From assembly GCA_000002445.1 (NCBI GenBank), contig CM000207.1, positions 1,984,001 through 2,048,000 on the forward strand: a stretch of DNA of 64,000 nucleotides. The letters run 5' to 3'. Of the stretch, positions 52,922-63,531 are shown piece after piece. Positions within the stretch are counted from its first letter, which is position 1; the number at the start of each line of letters is the position of its first letter. Origin of the DNA: Trypanosoma brucei (lineage: Eukaryota). The notes beneath the pieces were generated by a model, which made no database searches, had not been told where the DNA came from, and was given only the letters and a program-made list of their open reading frames with translations. The position numbers were made by a program, and so were the translations under genes.

Positions 52922-53657
52922 CTGCCGCATGCAGAACCCACCATTTTTTTTTACTTATTTTGGAACGAACTTGCTATTTTTTTTTGTTTGGTTGCTGTTG
53001 TTTGTTTGCCATCATTTCGCTACGGTGACGATAATTCCCCGCCACGCTTTGTCTCCACATTTGCAAAACTTACGCTAACGGAGGGTGCTGTAGAAATATG
53101 AGCGTCCCCCGGAGGCACCGCAAGTCCGCTTGGTACATCAAACCTCAGAGACGAGAAGGGACGAAACTCGTTTAGACCCGATGTTGGTCGGAACGGGCCA
53201 TTCACACAGGTTTCACCGTCGCCGACCCAGCTCACCATACAAAACTACCCCTCCCGCTTAACATCCACGGACACCGAGACGCTCATATGATAATAACTAC
53301 GATTTCGCAGTTGCTGTTTCACAGCGTGTATGAACTGTTTCAAACCACACACGCCAAATGACGCGACACAACAAACTAATAAACACACAGTAAAAAAAAT
53401 GAATGAGCATCCAACTGCGCAAATTCATTGATAGAGAACGCCTGTAAACAAAACCACAAACAATGCAGCCATGTCCACACTAGAAGCGTATAGCACTGTT
53501 ACCTCTCACTAAAGTGTTAAACGGGAACTGCAGCTGCTGCGCTACAGAGTCGATAGTCACAGCGTCCCTCGGTGTTTGCATCCGGAGAGATGATGACGGG
53601 AGGGAACCATTTCCAGCTTCTTTTTCCCACTTCTTTTTTTTTCAGGAGCTTGTAACG

Positions 53658-54011
53658 CTATGCACTCTCTCCGGAGCGTCGCGAGACCTCCAATTCCTCC
53701 TCAACGGTGTCCACATCGAACCCAAGACCCCTCATTTCCTCAAGGTACCGTTGCGTTGGATCACCACTGGCGTCCATTGCTTCTTTTCGTGAGCGCTGCC
53801 TCCGCATGGCATACCCGAAGGCGGCCACACCACCGCCAAACACAAAAAATGCACGCAAGCCGCGCCACGCCAATCCCCGGAGAATCTGTGTGTTTTGCTC
53901 AAAGCACTCCGAACCAATCTTCTCCGCGATTCGCATATTCTGCCGCGTCCGCTCATCAAGCCCCAACGGCGGTTTTTCACCACCACCACCACCATCCCCG
54001 CTCATTGCCAT
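53658..54011 (-). CDS. Small hypothetical single-pass membrane protein (about 117 aa from the first ATG).
   Basis: The called start at 54050 is GTG; the first ATG is 54011 (MAMSGDGGGGGEKPPLGL...). One Gly-rich hydrophobic helix (AFFVFGGGVAAFGYAM). An overlapping plus-strand ORF (53660..54250) is low complexity and judged spurious. Confidence 0.4.
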   Translation of the reverse strand: MAMSGDGGGGGEKPPLGLDERTRQNMRIAEKIGSECFEQNTQILRGLAWRGLRAFFVFGGGVAAFGYAMRRQRSRKEAMDASGDPTQRYLEEMRGLGFDVDTVEEELEVSRRSGESA

Positions 54012-55538
54012 ACGCCAAGCTGAATGCGTTTCGGCTAAATAATTCCACACACTATGTCCCCCTTAACTGTATGAGTGTTTCCCCGATCGCTTCCTTTATC
54101 CGCTTGCTTGTTTGGAGAAGGTACTTCGTTCGCCCTATTGCCCGTGTATGCAGCAAGGTAAACAACAAAAAAACACATGAAAGAAGTGGAGTGGGCCACT
54201 GGAGATGCAAATGTCTTCGCCATCGAGTACACACTCATGTTGTTGGTTAAAGGCATCCGTCTGCTTTGAGTACGGCCTGTTCTGCGTTAAGTGGGGTGGA
54301 AACATAATAATTTTAAACATGGCGCCATCTCAAGGAGTGGTGAAACTTCTGCCCACGCCGGCAAGATGTGTACAGTACGGTGCGACAGTTGATAACGCGC
54401 AACACAACGCGGAAAGGGAAGGGAAGGGAAAGTAAAGTAAAGGGGGCGGGAGGGGGAAAGAAAAAGGCTAAAACAAATTTGAGGTGGAAGCAGCGGGTAT
54501 AAAAAGTAAAATGATTGGGGAGCGATTGTCTCCTCACAATGCCACTTTCCTCCCTCGAAAAAAAAAAAAACTCGCGCGCAGCTCACAAAAAATGTTTCCT
54601 TCAAATGCGTTTCCCCTTCCCTCACAACTCTACAACTTGTTCCCAACGCGCCACCGGCAGGAAAATATCTCGGAGAGGGGGAAAAAGAAAAGAGGCCGAT
54701 GCGCAAAAAACGACGGCGCGGAGCATCACGTGGTTATCGGCAACCGCTGTGGTGGTCGAGCCGATGTTTGGAGGTCGTAAAAACCAGCGATGATCCGCAG
54801 ACACGAACGTGTGAAGTTTTCGCCCTCTCGTAGGCGAAAGTGGCGATAAACCACAAACTTTTTTTTTGTGTATTGAGAGAGCGGAATTCCGGTTTTACCC
54901 CTTTGAGTTGTTCTTTGGTCGTGAGGGATTGAAGAGGGGGACAAAACAAGATAGCGGAGAGCACCTCATTTCCTCCCTTCATCATGCCGCTAGCCATTCC
55001 TCCTCATCGTCATATACGCCCAACGCGTGGCACTCCCCTTCAATTGTTATGAACAAAAATTCAATAAAAGCAGGCAAGGATACCGAACAAAAACAGAAAA
55101 GAAAAAAAGACAACCAAACGGGAAACTGCCGCCGAGGACTCTAGCCACGTTGACCTGCAAATGCTGCCTCACTTCAGCCGGATGCCATTTCACCCCTCCG
55201 TACCTCAAGGGAAAGAAGATTTGGCCGCTTTTACTTCTTTTTTAAAAAAAAAGAAAAATATCTCTGCCTTCTTCCTCTTTGGCGCCACAAAGGTGAAGGG
55301 ACGTAGCAAGTGATCAAATACAGTTAGATAGATATGGCGGATAGAAACACCGCAGTAGAGTTATACGTATATGCGAGCGTGTATTATAGATGTCACAAAG
55401 GCAATTCCACGTGCCTAGGTCCATACAGCCAATAGTTTGTGGTTTCCCCACGCACGCACCACCTTTTACCACGAAAAAATTAAAAAAAACCCGTACACCG
55501 AGAGTGAAGCAACAGCCACATCATCGTGCCTATCGGGT

Positions 55539-56036
55539 TTAACTTCGAAGCCTTGGTCGCCGAATGTGCAGCTGACGCGCGGGACTGGTGTTTCGGCTAC
55601 CCGCGCTGCTGACACTAGGGGCACATACGCTCGAGGCGCTCGTCGGGAGGTTGATTAGCGATGGTTGAGTCTGCAGACGACCTCCAAACGGCCTGCGTGC
55701 GGAAGGACTCGACATTCTCGTTGTGCGGCTGTCCCGTCCCGGTGTTGCTTCCCTTTGAGTGTCTCCCCCCGTTCCCCTCATTTGAAGGTTAGATGTTGGG
55801 GAGGGGCGTCGCAACGGCGTGGTGGGACACTTTTGGTGTAGAGTATCCACTTTCTTCCCCAGGATAGTCACGACTGCCTGGAGGTTGCGGCAATCTGCCT
55901 CTCTATCTGCTAACTCCTGCGTGACTCTCGCAAGTTTTTCTTCAAATGTGTCCCTCTGGCGGCGCAGCTCGGCTTCAAATATAACCTTCTGCCGAAGAAG
56001 CTCCGCACGGAAAGCATCTAACTCATCAGAACTCAT
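55539..56036 (-). CDS. Hypothetical coiled-coil protein (165 aa).
   Basis: ATG start. N-terminal heptad-rich 'DELDAFRAELLRQKVIFEAELRRQRDTFEEKLARVTQELADRE'. Ser/Pro/Arg-rich C-terminus. Confidence 0.4.
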   Translation of the reverse strand: MSSDELDAFRAELLRQKVIFEAELRRQRDTFEEKLARVTQELADREADCRNLQAVVTILGKKVDTLHQKCPTTPLRRPSPTSNLQMRGTGGDTQREATPGRDSRTTRMSSPSARRPFGGRLQTQPSLINLPTSASSVCAPSVSSAGSRNTSPARQLHIRRPRLRS

Positions 56037-56444
56037 ACTGACACAACAGGCAGCGGGGTGCCAAATGTTTAATGAACCTCCAAGGTGATTCCCTTCTATA
56101 AATGTTGCTTTTTTCCCTTTAAATTCTTCTCCCTATCCTCAACGGCTTCCTTAACCTACCCAACTGCATTCAAAGAGGAGGAGATGATGCCAATAAGCAA
56201 TGATAAGAGGTACCAACGATGTGCTGACGTGAAAGGTTGTCTAGTCTTCCACAACTCTTGTTTGGAAACCAATGAACATATATATTAATTACGCGCCTCC
56301 AACAGCCTTAGCTGCACGTGTTGGAAACAAAAACGAAGGTAATCATCCGACGCAGGTAAAAGAGGAAGTAGGGAATATCTTGTGACTCGCCATCGGAAAC
56401 TCGCATTGCCTGCACACGCAAGCGACAACCAACATGTACCACCA

Positions 56445-58517
56445 TCAGTACACGTCCTTCAAGTATCTACCTTCCCGCTCCATCCTCGCCAGGAACTCAA
56501 CTGCTGCCTCTTCGGCGAATCCACCATACTCCAGCAACTTTAATATTGCCTTGTCCACGCTACGCGATACCCGTGATGCATCACCCGAAATGTAAATAAG
56601 ACAACCACCGCCCACGCGACTGGTCAAGAGTTTCAGGAGGTAATCTTGGTGTTTCTCCAAAAGGTGTGTGACATAGTACTTCTCAGGTTGATCCCGGCTG
56701 AATGCAGCATCAACTAGTGTCAACACGGAGTCACAGCGTACACCGGCAGAAGGAAGTTTCCCCTCACCGTGTGGACACCATTGGCGCACCTCACGCTCCA
56801 CAAAATATTCCGATGAGCGGTTTCGATTACCAAAGAAGAGAACCATGGGCCCATGTTCGACCGCAGCTTGCTTCTTCAGCATCGCCTCCCGTCTGTAGCA
56901 GAAACCGATCATTGAAGCAACGCCGGTTCCAGGACCGATCATCACCACCGGGCGCCCGCTACACTTTTGGGGGAGGTGAAACGTTGACTTGCGAACAAAT
57001 GCGGTTACTTTGGCTCCAACGGAAAGGTGGTGAAGAAATAAGGAGTTTACGCCATCCGGAATGATGCGGATGAATGCCTCCACTGTCGTGGGGTGCGTTA
57101 ACATATCCGATGCAATAGAATAGAACCTGGGTTGCATTCGTGGCATCGCTTCCACAAAGTGCCCGACAGGAAGCCTTCCACGCCAACTACAAAACATTTT
57201 CAGGCAATCCAGAACGGTATAATGGCCTCTGCGGTAGGATGGTGTCGATGTTCCAAACTCTGCTACAGCATTGAGAGAATGTCCTCCACGAAGAAAATCA
57301 ATCATTGCTGTTTTTTCCTCAATTTCCGAGCAGTACCTTGCCAGGAGGCGCAACATGGACTTCCGAGGTTTGCCACACAAATCCAGGTACCGCTCGAACA
57401 CCGTTCTCAGTGTTACACGCGCAGGAAGAGTATTTCGCAACGAAGCTCTAGCGCGTGCATTAACGGGCGAGCACAACTCCACTGGCTTTGTCCAGTCCGT
57501 CAAGGGGATGTTCAAAACCTGCCTATAAGCTTCAACTACATCAGGTGGATTAGCGGGGTAAATTCCCAAATGGTCACCCGCCTGATACTTTACAGTGTGA
57601 CCGCCAAAGCCCAATACGAGATGCAGCACATAGGAGCCATCTTCTCGCTCGCTCGTTCGCCTCGTTTTGGCTTCCAACACAAACTGCCCCGGATATTGTC
57701 CAGACGGTTCCAGCAACGACGGTGGTGGAGCAAAAGGCAGTGTATCCGCTGGTTTATCCGGTATGAAGCGGAACAGTAACTGTGGTTGTGGTGGTTTGTC
57801 CGACAACGCCTCCAGTTTCATTCCGCATGTTTCTTCAAGTTTCTTCGTGAGAGTCTCCTCCCACGCGTCGAAAAGATCATCCCTCAGAGGGTCACGTGCG
57901 TCGCCGATACCAATAGGAACCAGTTCCGTTCCTCCACCCTTTTGCAGTAGCCCATCGACATCAACCCCCGCCCGGCAGAAATACTTGTACGAACTCTCCC
58001 CCAAAGCGAACACGGCGTAGAAGACGTCCTTAAACGGCTCAGCACCTTCTTCCAAACCCCTGCGCACCACCGCCTTCATTTGTATGAAGAGGGAGAAAAA
58101 GTTGTCAGGCACCTCCCCTTCACCTGTGGTTGACACAACAAACACCACTACGGGCATCTGGGTGCCTTTACTTGCTGGAAAAAGTGGTTGTTGAGGAGTA
58201 TGTTGAGCAAGATAAGGCCACGCGGAAGGGTCAATGAGTGCGATGTCAGCACCCCGTTCTCGCAGATTGGTCACGAGGGTCTTGGCATACATTTCAGCAT
58301 TTCCAGAAACACTTCCGTAGATCACTAATATCGCTTCGTCCTGATAAGTTTGGCACCCCTTGCTCGCTTGCCCGTTCTGCAGCATATTCGCGTATTTGGC
58401 CGAGAGTGACCGTTCATTGGGCAGACAACCCCTCCGCGTAACCCATACGCGCACCGCAAAGGCCACTAGGCACGTCCCCGCGAGGATACCAGATGCGGTG
58501 CAGAACCGACGAAACAT
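56445..58517 (-). CDS. NADPH-cytochrome P450 reductase (diflavin reductase), N-terminally membrane-anchored.
   Basis: ATG start. N-terminal TM helix (ILAGTCLVAFAVRVWV). Flavodoxin-like FMN domain (VIYGSVSGNAEMYA...), then FAD domain (RFYSIAS), then NADPH domain (MIGPGTGVASMIGF). C-terminus ...YLKDVY. 690 aa. Confidence 0.85.
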   Translation of the reverse strand: MFRRFCTASGILAGTCLVAFAVRVWVTRRGCLPNERSLSAKYANMLQNGQASKGCQTYQDEAILVIYGSVSGNAEMYAKTLVTNLRERGADIALIDPSAWPYLAQHTPQQPLFPASKGTQMPVVVFVVSTTGEGEVPDNFFSLFIQMKAVVRRGLEEGAEPFKDVFYAVFALGESSYKYFCRAGVDVDGLLQKGGGTELVPIGIGDARDPLRDDLFDAWEETLTKKLEETCGMKLEALSDKPPQPQLLFRFIPDKPADTLPFAPPPSLLEPSGQYPGQFVLEAKTRRTSEREDGSYVLHLVLGFGGHTVKYQAGDHLGIYPANPPDVVEAYRQVLNIPLTDWTKPVELCSPVNARARASLRNTLPARVTLRTVFERYLDLCGKPRKSMLRLLARYCSEIEEKTAMIDFLRGGHSLNAVAEFGTSTPSYRRGHYTVLDCLKMFCSWRGRLPVGHFVEAMPRMQPRFYSIASDMLTHPTTVEAFIRIIPDGVNSLFLHHLSVGAKVTAFVRKSTFHLPQKCSGRPVVMIGPGTGVASMIGFCYRREAMLKKQAAVEHGPMVLFFGNRNRSSEYFVEREVRQWCPHGEGKLPSAGVRCDSVLTLVDAAFSRDQPEKYYVTHLLEKHQDYLLKLLTSRVGGGCLIYISGDASRVSRSVDKAILKLLEYGGFAEEAAVEFLARMEREGRYLKDVY

Positions 58518-58976
58518 CCTTCATAGAACCTGGAGTCCCTTTTTAGTTATTGTTGTTGTTTTTACAAAAAAAAAAATGGACGTCAAAAGGGTGGATAACA
58601 AATAAAGGGAGCCATTGCTAACACACGGGGCCTCCGAGCGGTAGAACATACGACAGGATAGGGGTGGAAACACAACACACTGATACATGTTTATACGCTA
58701 GGTTTAACCGTTGGAAATTACTTTCTCATTAAGCGCAGACTTGTGTGTGCGTGGAACATGCACACCACCTGCGCTGGTGCCGCGGCTGTTCCTCTCCGCC
58801 ATCAGACCCTCATTCCACCGCAGGAACTCCTTGTTTATGATCTCCCCTCGCTTTGATCCAACCGCCCAATAAAACAACACTTCACAACGTGCACACCGCT
58901 GTTTGCTGTAGGAACGAGTGAAACGGCAGAGGAAATACTAATAAAAACAGAGTTTGAATGGGTGTGTTAGCGACAT

Positions 58977-60266
58977 CTAGTGTCCCTTCTCCGGGTTCCG
59001 CATCTTCCGCTTCACGGGGGCCCGGGGCGCTGGCGACGAGAAACTCTTCTTTCCTTCCACTAATGGCCGCAAATCCTTCGGTATTTTCCTTCGAGGGTTT
59101 GTCACAACTCCCATCCACGGAGGTTGATCATCTACAGGCCCCTGCACCTTTGTCTTTCCTTCTGTACGCATTCGCTTTCCGTTTCCCTCCGCCCCTTGTG
59201 AACGACTATCGGCCACTTCACCCCGAGTCCCAAGCTTGCGCTTCTCTCGTCGAGTTGCCTTTGATGCCGTAACAGCCTTAGATTTCTGTACGTGGACAAT
59301 GCGAATCTCACGATCCATGAACAGCGTACCGCGGAGAGCAATGGCAGCTGCAACGGAACCCTTGCTTTGAAATTCTACATAACCGAAACCTTTACACATG
59401 CCGGACTCTCGATCACGTACAAGGCGAACGCGTTTCACATCTCGTATCCCCTTTTCCACGAAGAAGTTCCAGAGTGCTTCCTCGTTGCTGTCGTAAGCAA
59501 CGTTCCCAACAAACACTGATGTCTCGGGCGCGTACTCGCGGCCTTCGGGGTCCAGTGTTGTCACGACAATGTGGCGACCCTCAACAACAACACCATTTTT
59601 ATCAAGTGCCTCTTTAATGGATGATTTATCCTTGAATAACACGTATGCCACAGCACTGTACTGCTCCCCCTTCTTAACGTCACCACGGAGTACACGAATA
59701 GCGCGACCCACACCCCTCGGCTGAACTGTCGCCTCGCCGCCGTTAAGATCCTTCTCTCCTTCCAGAGCTTGCGCCCGGATACGTACCGACTCGATGGGAC
59801 CACAGGTTTTGAATACTTTCTCCAAAACACGGCGTTTGACATCATTCACAAGATTTCCCACGAAAACGGTGCGGCTGTCTTCCTCCTCATTTTGGTGGAG
59901 GGCGTGACGAAGTTGTTTTTTGCGTCCGTCTGGCTTGCTCTCCCCAACTTCATCGCCACCGGTTGTATTGTCTACAATCACCGTCCGAAATATTTCATCC
60001 TCCGTCGCCGACTCTCCTTTTCCCTTCCATGTGCCATTCTTCCTTGATACACCCTCCTCAATCCGAAGTCGCTGCTTTTCCCTACGTGTTGCTTTTCTCA
60101 CCTCCGGGGCAACAGCAAATATGTCAAATGCCGCTTTTTTCGTCGGTTCAAACACGGTGGAGGTCGCCACAACACTGTTTTTGCTAGTCCCTTTTTTTTT
60201 CAGCTTTTCACTCGGAGAGGTCGATGACGGAGTTGCGGCCCCAAACAGCTCAGCGGTGAGCGACAT
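58977..60266 (-). CDS. RNA-binding protein with two RRM domains and a K-rich N-terminus (nucleolar Nop12/RBM34-like architecture).
   Basis: The called ORF extends to 60500 through a polypyrimidine-rich leader. The first plausible ATG is 60266 (MSLTAELFG...). RRM1 is 'RTVFVGNLVNDVKRRVLEKVF...'. RRM2 is 'SVFVGNVAYDSNEEALWNFF...KGFGYVEFQSKGSVAAAIALRGT' (RNP1 KGFGYVEF). Confidence 0.75.
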   Translation of the reverse strand: MSLTAELFGAATPSSTSPSEKLKKKGTSKNSVVATSTVFEPTKKAAFDIFAVAPEVRKATRREKQRLRIEEGVSRKNGTWKGKGESATEDEIFRTVIVDNTTGGDEVGESKPDGRKKQLRHALHQNEEEDSRTVFVGNLVNDVKRRVLEKVFKTCGPIESVRIRAQALEGEKDLNGGEATVQPRGVGRAIRVLRGDVKKGEQYSAVAYVLFKDKSSIKEALDKNGVVVEGRHIVVTTLDPEGREYAPETSVFVGNVAYDSNEEALWNFFVEKGIRDVKRVRLVRDRESGMCKGFGYVEFQSKGSVAAAIALRGTLFMDREIRIVHVQKSKAVTASKATRREKRKLGTRGEVADSRSQGAEGNGKRMRTEGKTKVQGPVDDQPPWMGVVTNPRRKIPKDLRPLVEGKKSFSSPAPRAPVKRKMRNPEKGH

Positions 60267-60509
60267 GCGTATGTTTGTAAGCCCTTTGCTTTTTTTTCTT
60301 TGCGCAGTAAGTAAACGAAAGGACAAAGGGGGGAAAAGTAGGGACCGGACCCAACTACTAAGCAAATTAACTGGTGGAACAGGGAGTGGTGGCACACGCT
60401 TAGAAAACAGCGGAGAGTTGTTGGTGTGCACGTAGTACTCACGCGCACAAAAAAAACAATGATAAGGGTAAATAATAACGGGAGGAAAACCTACTTGCAA
60501 GAAACGAAC

Positions 60510-61526
60510 TCACGTACTTCCCCCACGCACTTCACCATCACCGCCGTTATCGTCCTCCACGTCAGAATCAAATCCCTCATCAATAACACACCGCTTCTCA
60601 CGTTGCTCAATCATGCGACGCTTGAACTCCTCATGCGCCTTTTCCCACGACTGGCGGAATGCCTCCGCCCTGGTGGCGTCAGCACCATTACGCTCCGATA
60701 TTTTGGTCGTATCAATTATTGTCTGGTCTGTTATAAAACACCTATCCCACCACAATGTCATTCCAAGTGCCATGGATTCCTTCACCAACTGGACAACCAG
60801 CAGCCGAAGTGGGTACGCGGGTAGAGAGTGCAAAGACCAGCATCCTTCCACGGTGTCCTCGTCAACCTTTACAGGATAACGCAAGACATATCGTCGCCTC
60901 CCTCCATCCCCCTTTACGCTAAAGGAGATAACGCACGAGGAAGTATGATTTGGCTGCTCCTCTTCCTCAAGGGAGAAGTTTTGAATGTCCTTCGCCTTCG
61001 TGTTCATATTGGGTAGTATAAAGCTGACAGAGACGGTGTCTCGCGTTTGCGACCATATGTGTGACTCTCCTTCACGTCCACCATTCCGTATGAGGTTGTT
61101 GTACATCATATGATCTTCGCTTTCTCCATCGCTGTCATCATTGCACCGTGGTGTGTGCTTGTCCCCACACGGTACGCCACCACTTCTCGCAGGAGAATCA
61201 CAATTGTGTGCGGAAGCAGAACTGGCACCAATAATTCCTCCGCCATCAACTGCATTACTGCTACTCGATGTCCAAGCTGGCAACGGTGCCCCGCGGCTGT
61301 CGTTATTATTATTTTTATTATTACTTCCGCTAAGTGGCTCTCTAAAGGGTGACACTGTAGCTTGCGGCGGGGTATTAACCATATGCACACCACTTGAGCT
61401 AATTGTAACGCGGGAGGGATACTCTAACTGCGTCACCCTCGGCTTTCCGGGAGTCGCTGAATCACCGCTACCAGAATCATCGCTATCACATATTTTGTCC
61501 CATTTTGAGTAATCAATCCCGGGCAT
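60510..61526 (-). CDS. CS (p23/HSP20-like) domain protein with a Cdc37-like acidic N-terminal motif. Candidate Hsp90 co-chaperone.
   Basis: The called start at 61580 is TTG; the first ATG is 61526 (MPGIDYSKWDKICDSDDSGSGD...). The N-terminus resembles the Cdc37 N-terminus (MVDYSVWDHIEVSDDEDE). The central 'WSQTRDTVSVSFILPN...KAKDIQNFSLEEEE...RRRYVLRYPVKVDEDTVEGCWSL' fits a CS-domain pattern. Acidic C-terminal tail. Confidence 0.55.
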   Translation of the reverse strand: MPGIDYSKWDKICDSDDSGSGDSATPGKPRVTQLEYPSRVTISSSGVHMVNTPPQATVSPFREPLSGSNNKNNNNDSRGAPLPAWTSSSSNAVDGGGIIGASSASAHNCDSPARSGGVPCGDKHTPRCNDDSDGESEDHMMYNNLIRNGGREGESHIWSQTRDTVSVSFILPNMNTKAKDIQNFSLEEEEQPNHTSSCVISFSVKGDGGRRRYVLRYPVKVDEDTVEGCWSLHSLPAYPLRLLVVQLVKESMALGMTLWWDRCFITDQTIIDTTKISERNGADATRAEAFRQSWEKAHEEFKRRMIEQREKRCVIDEGFDSDVEDDNGGDGEVRGGST

Positions 61527-61950
61527 CCCCCACTTAAACACACTCGTTGTTCCATTCGAAAGATACACGAGAAATGACAATTAAGCGAAACAAAAGATAA
61601 GTAAGGGAGAAGAAACAAATTGTTCAAAATTAATAAGAGTAGAGCACAAAAACACAATGGTTTAAACACGACGCGAGAGTGATCCCTACAGACATGCACT
61701 TTAATAACAGACAAGCATATGTACAGATGGATCCCCATACCGTGACACGGGGCACACGCACGTGGCCCGGTGGATGTTAAGGGGAGGACGAACGAATTAA
61801 AAGGAGACGAGAATTGTGAAAATGAGCTGGTATTGTCCGACTCCTTCACTGAACATCATGTAAAAATGAAGAGATGAGAATCGAGTGCAAAACATTTCAA
61901 CTAATAAGACACACAGCCGCTACCCTTTTTCCTCGACGGGGGGGGCAACT

Positions 61951-63531
61951 TTAGTAGTCAACCTTCACATAAGCCGATCGGCATACCGGACATGTGGGTA
62001 GAAGCGTGTCGCTGTCGCCAGATACGGCTGTCATTTCTGTATAGCGCTCAAAGGTACTGAGACAAGTGTCGTGAAAGCAATGCCCACAACTCAGTAGGAC
62101 ACCATATCGTTGCTGGCCTGTCGGATCTGCGGTCACGCAAGAAGTATTATTAACAGCACTAGGCTCGGTCGTGTGAGCCGTTGGTGACTTTTTGTCTGCT
62201 TTTTGTTTACCTTTGGGTGGTTCCGAGGCAGTCACGCGCCGTGAAGGTTGTTGAGCCCGACAACGTTTTGGTTCGCTCTTCCTCGCAGGTGGCTTCTGCG
62301 GCGGACCACCCTCTTCTCCTCCCCCTCCAAAAACTAAGCGGATGTTCGGATAGCCTTTTGGCAGCTCCATTGAAGCCTTTTCTTTAGCCCTGCGCGCTTC
62401 ATACTCCTTTCGGAAGGATGCTACAATATCCTCTGCAGTTGGCGCAGGCTCGTCTAGGACACGGTTAGGATTCGGGGGAACTCTACCTAGGCAAATGGGG
62501 CAATCAACGCCATCGGGTGACGACTTCTCCGTCCGCTCGCGAAGTGCATCCCACTGGGCTCGAGTCATGCCCTCCAGCTGAAGACGCTGTAGACGCGCTC
62601 CAATGTTGTCTAACAGCCGGGTCTGGCATTTTTCTCGGAGTGTTGCATACATGGCACACACCTCAGACACACGCGCCAGCCTCTTAGTGGCATATTCTCC
62701 GCAGAATTTACTATCGCTTTCCACGCGCATCTTCAGATAAATCTTCCTTGCCAACACGCGGCGGAAGAACGCCTGTATTTTCACTATTGCTGCCCGTTGT
62801 TCCATGGCCTTACCAGCATAAAAAACACGTTTGTGATAATGCGGGTTCCGGCACATAGGACAGCTAAGGGGTGTGGCATCGTACTTTCCACGAAGTTGCC
62901 GTGTAAAGCGCTCGAATTGCCGCAAACAGTTCTCATGGTAGACGTGGTGACAGTTCAACAGCACCTGCCCCTGCTCCATTGTGGCATAGAAGGGCTCTTG
63001 ACAAATGCAGCAAACATTTGAGCCGAGCGGCAACGTTCGCATACGGCGCAAAACCGTACCTTCTATTCGCGACCACTCATCCTCTGAGGGCGGCTGAGGC
63101 GGCAAGGGAACGAGTCCCATCTTCTGTGCGAGGGTTAGGCGTCCTCCTGGAAGCTGCGGTGGCGCCTCCTCTAATGTTGGAAGCGGACAATTAACTTTCG
63201 CACCGCGGGCAAAGTGCTCCTGCAGCGCAACAGCGCTCCACAGATGCACCTGCTCTCTGCGCTTCCCAGTGCGCCTATCACCCCACAATGCACCCATCTT
63301 CGGTCCAATGGAAGGGAGGTCTCCACCTGCCGGCGGCATCGCTACCCGGATGTTGTCGCGAATGGGTTTCTTCCTCTGACTATATCGGCTAACTATACCA
63401 ATGTCGAAACGATATACGCTGGATGAGGAAAGTAAAGATAATTGCGTCCCTACTCCGTTCTGGGAAATACAGGCAACAGACGTGACACGGACAAGAAAGT
63501 GGTAACTTTGACAACAACAATCGGATTGCAT
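61951..63531 (-). CDS. Multi-RING-finger protein (RING-H2 type E3 ubiquitin ligase-like) with an IQ-like motif.
   Basis: The called start at 63642 is GTG and an in-frame stop lies just upstream. The first ATG is 63531 (MQSDCCC...). RING-like clusters: 'CPICLGRVPPN...', 'CCICQEPFY...LLNCHHVYHENCL...CPMCRNPHY' and 'LLSCGHCFHDTCL...CPVCRSAY'. IQ-like 'IVKIQAFFRRVLARKIYLKMR'. Confidence 0.7.
   Translation of the reverse strand: MQSDCCCQSYHFLVRVTSVACISQNGVGTQLSLLSSSSVYRFDIGIVSRYSQRKKPIRDNIRVAMPPAGGDLPSIGPKMGALWGDRRTGKRREQVHLWSAVALQEHFARGAKVNCPLPTLEEAPPQLPGGRLTLAQKMGLVPLPPQPPSEDEWSRIEGTVLRRMRTLPLGSNVCCICQEPFYATMEQGQVLLNCHHVYHENCLRQFERFTRQLRGKYDATPLSCPMCRNPHYHKRVFYAGKAMEQRAAIVKIQAFFRRVLARKIYLKMRVESDSKFCGEYATKRLARVSEVCAMYATLREKCQTRLLDNIGARLQRLQLEGMTRAQWDALRERTEKSSPDGVDCPICLGRVPPNPNRVLDEPAPTAEDIVASFRKEYEARRAKEKASMELPKGYPNIRLVFGGGGEEGGPPQKPPARKSEPKRCRAQQPSRRVTASEPPKGKQKADKKSPTAHTTEPSAVNNTSCVTADPTGQQRYGVLLSCGHCFHDTCLSTFERYTEMTAVSGDSDTLLPTCPVCRSAYVKVDY

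Noticed and set aside
53660-54250. A 196-aa plus-strand ORF, plus 111-aa and 87-aa ORFs overlapping the small minus-strand gene.
   Set aside because: Pro/His/Arg-rich low-complexity translations. The minus-strand frame has the more protein-like sequence with a TM helix. They are most likely frame artefacts of GC-rich sequence.
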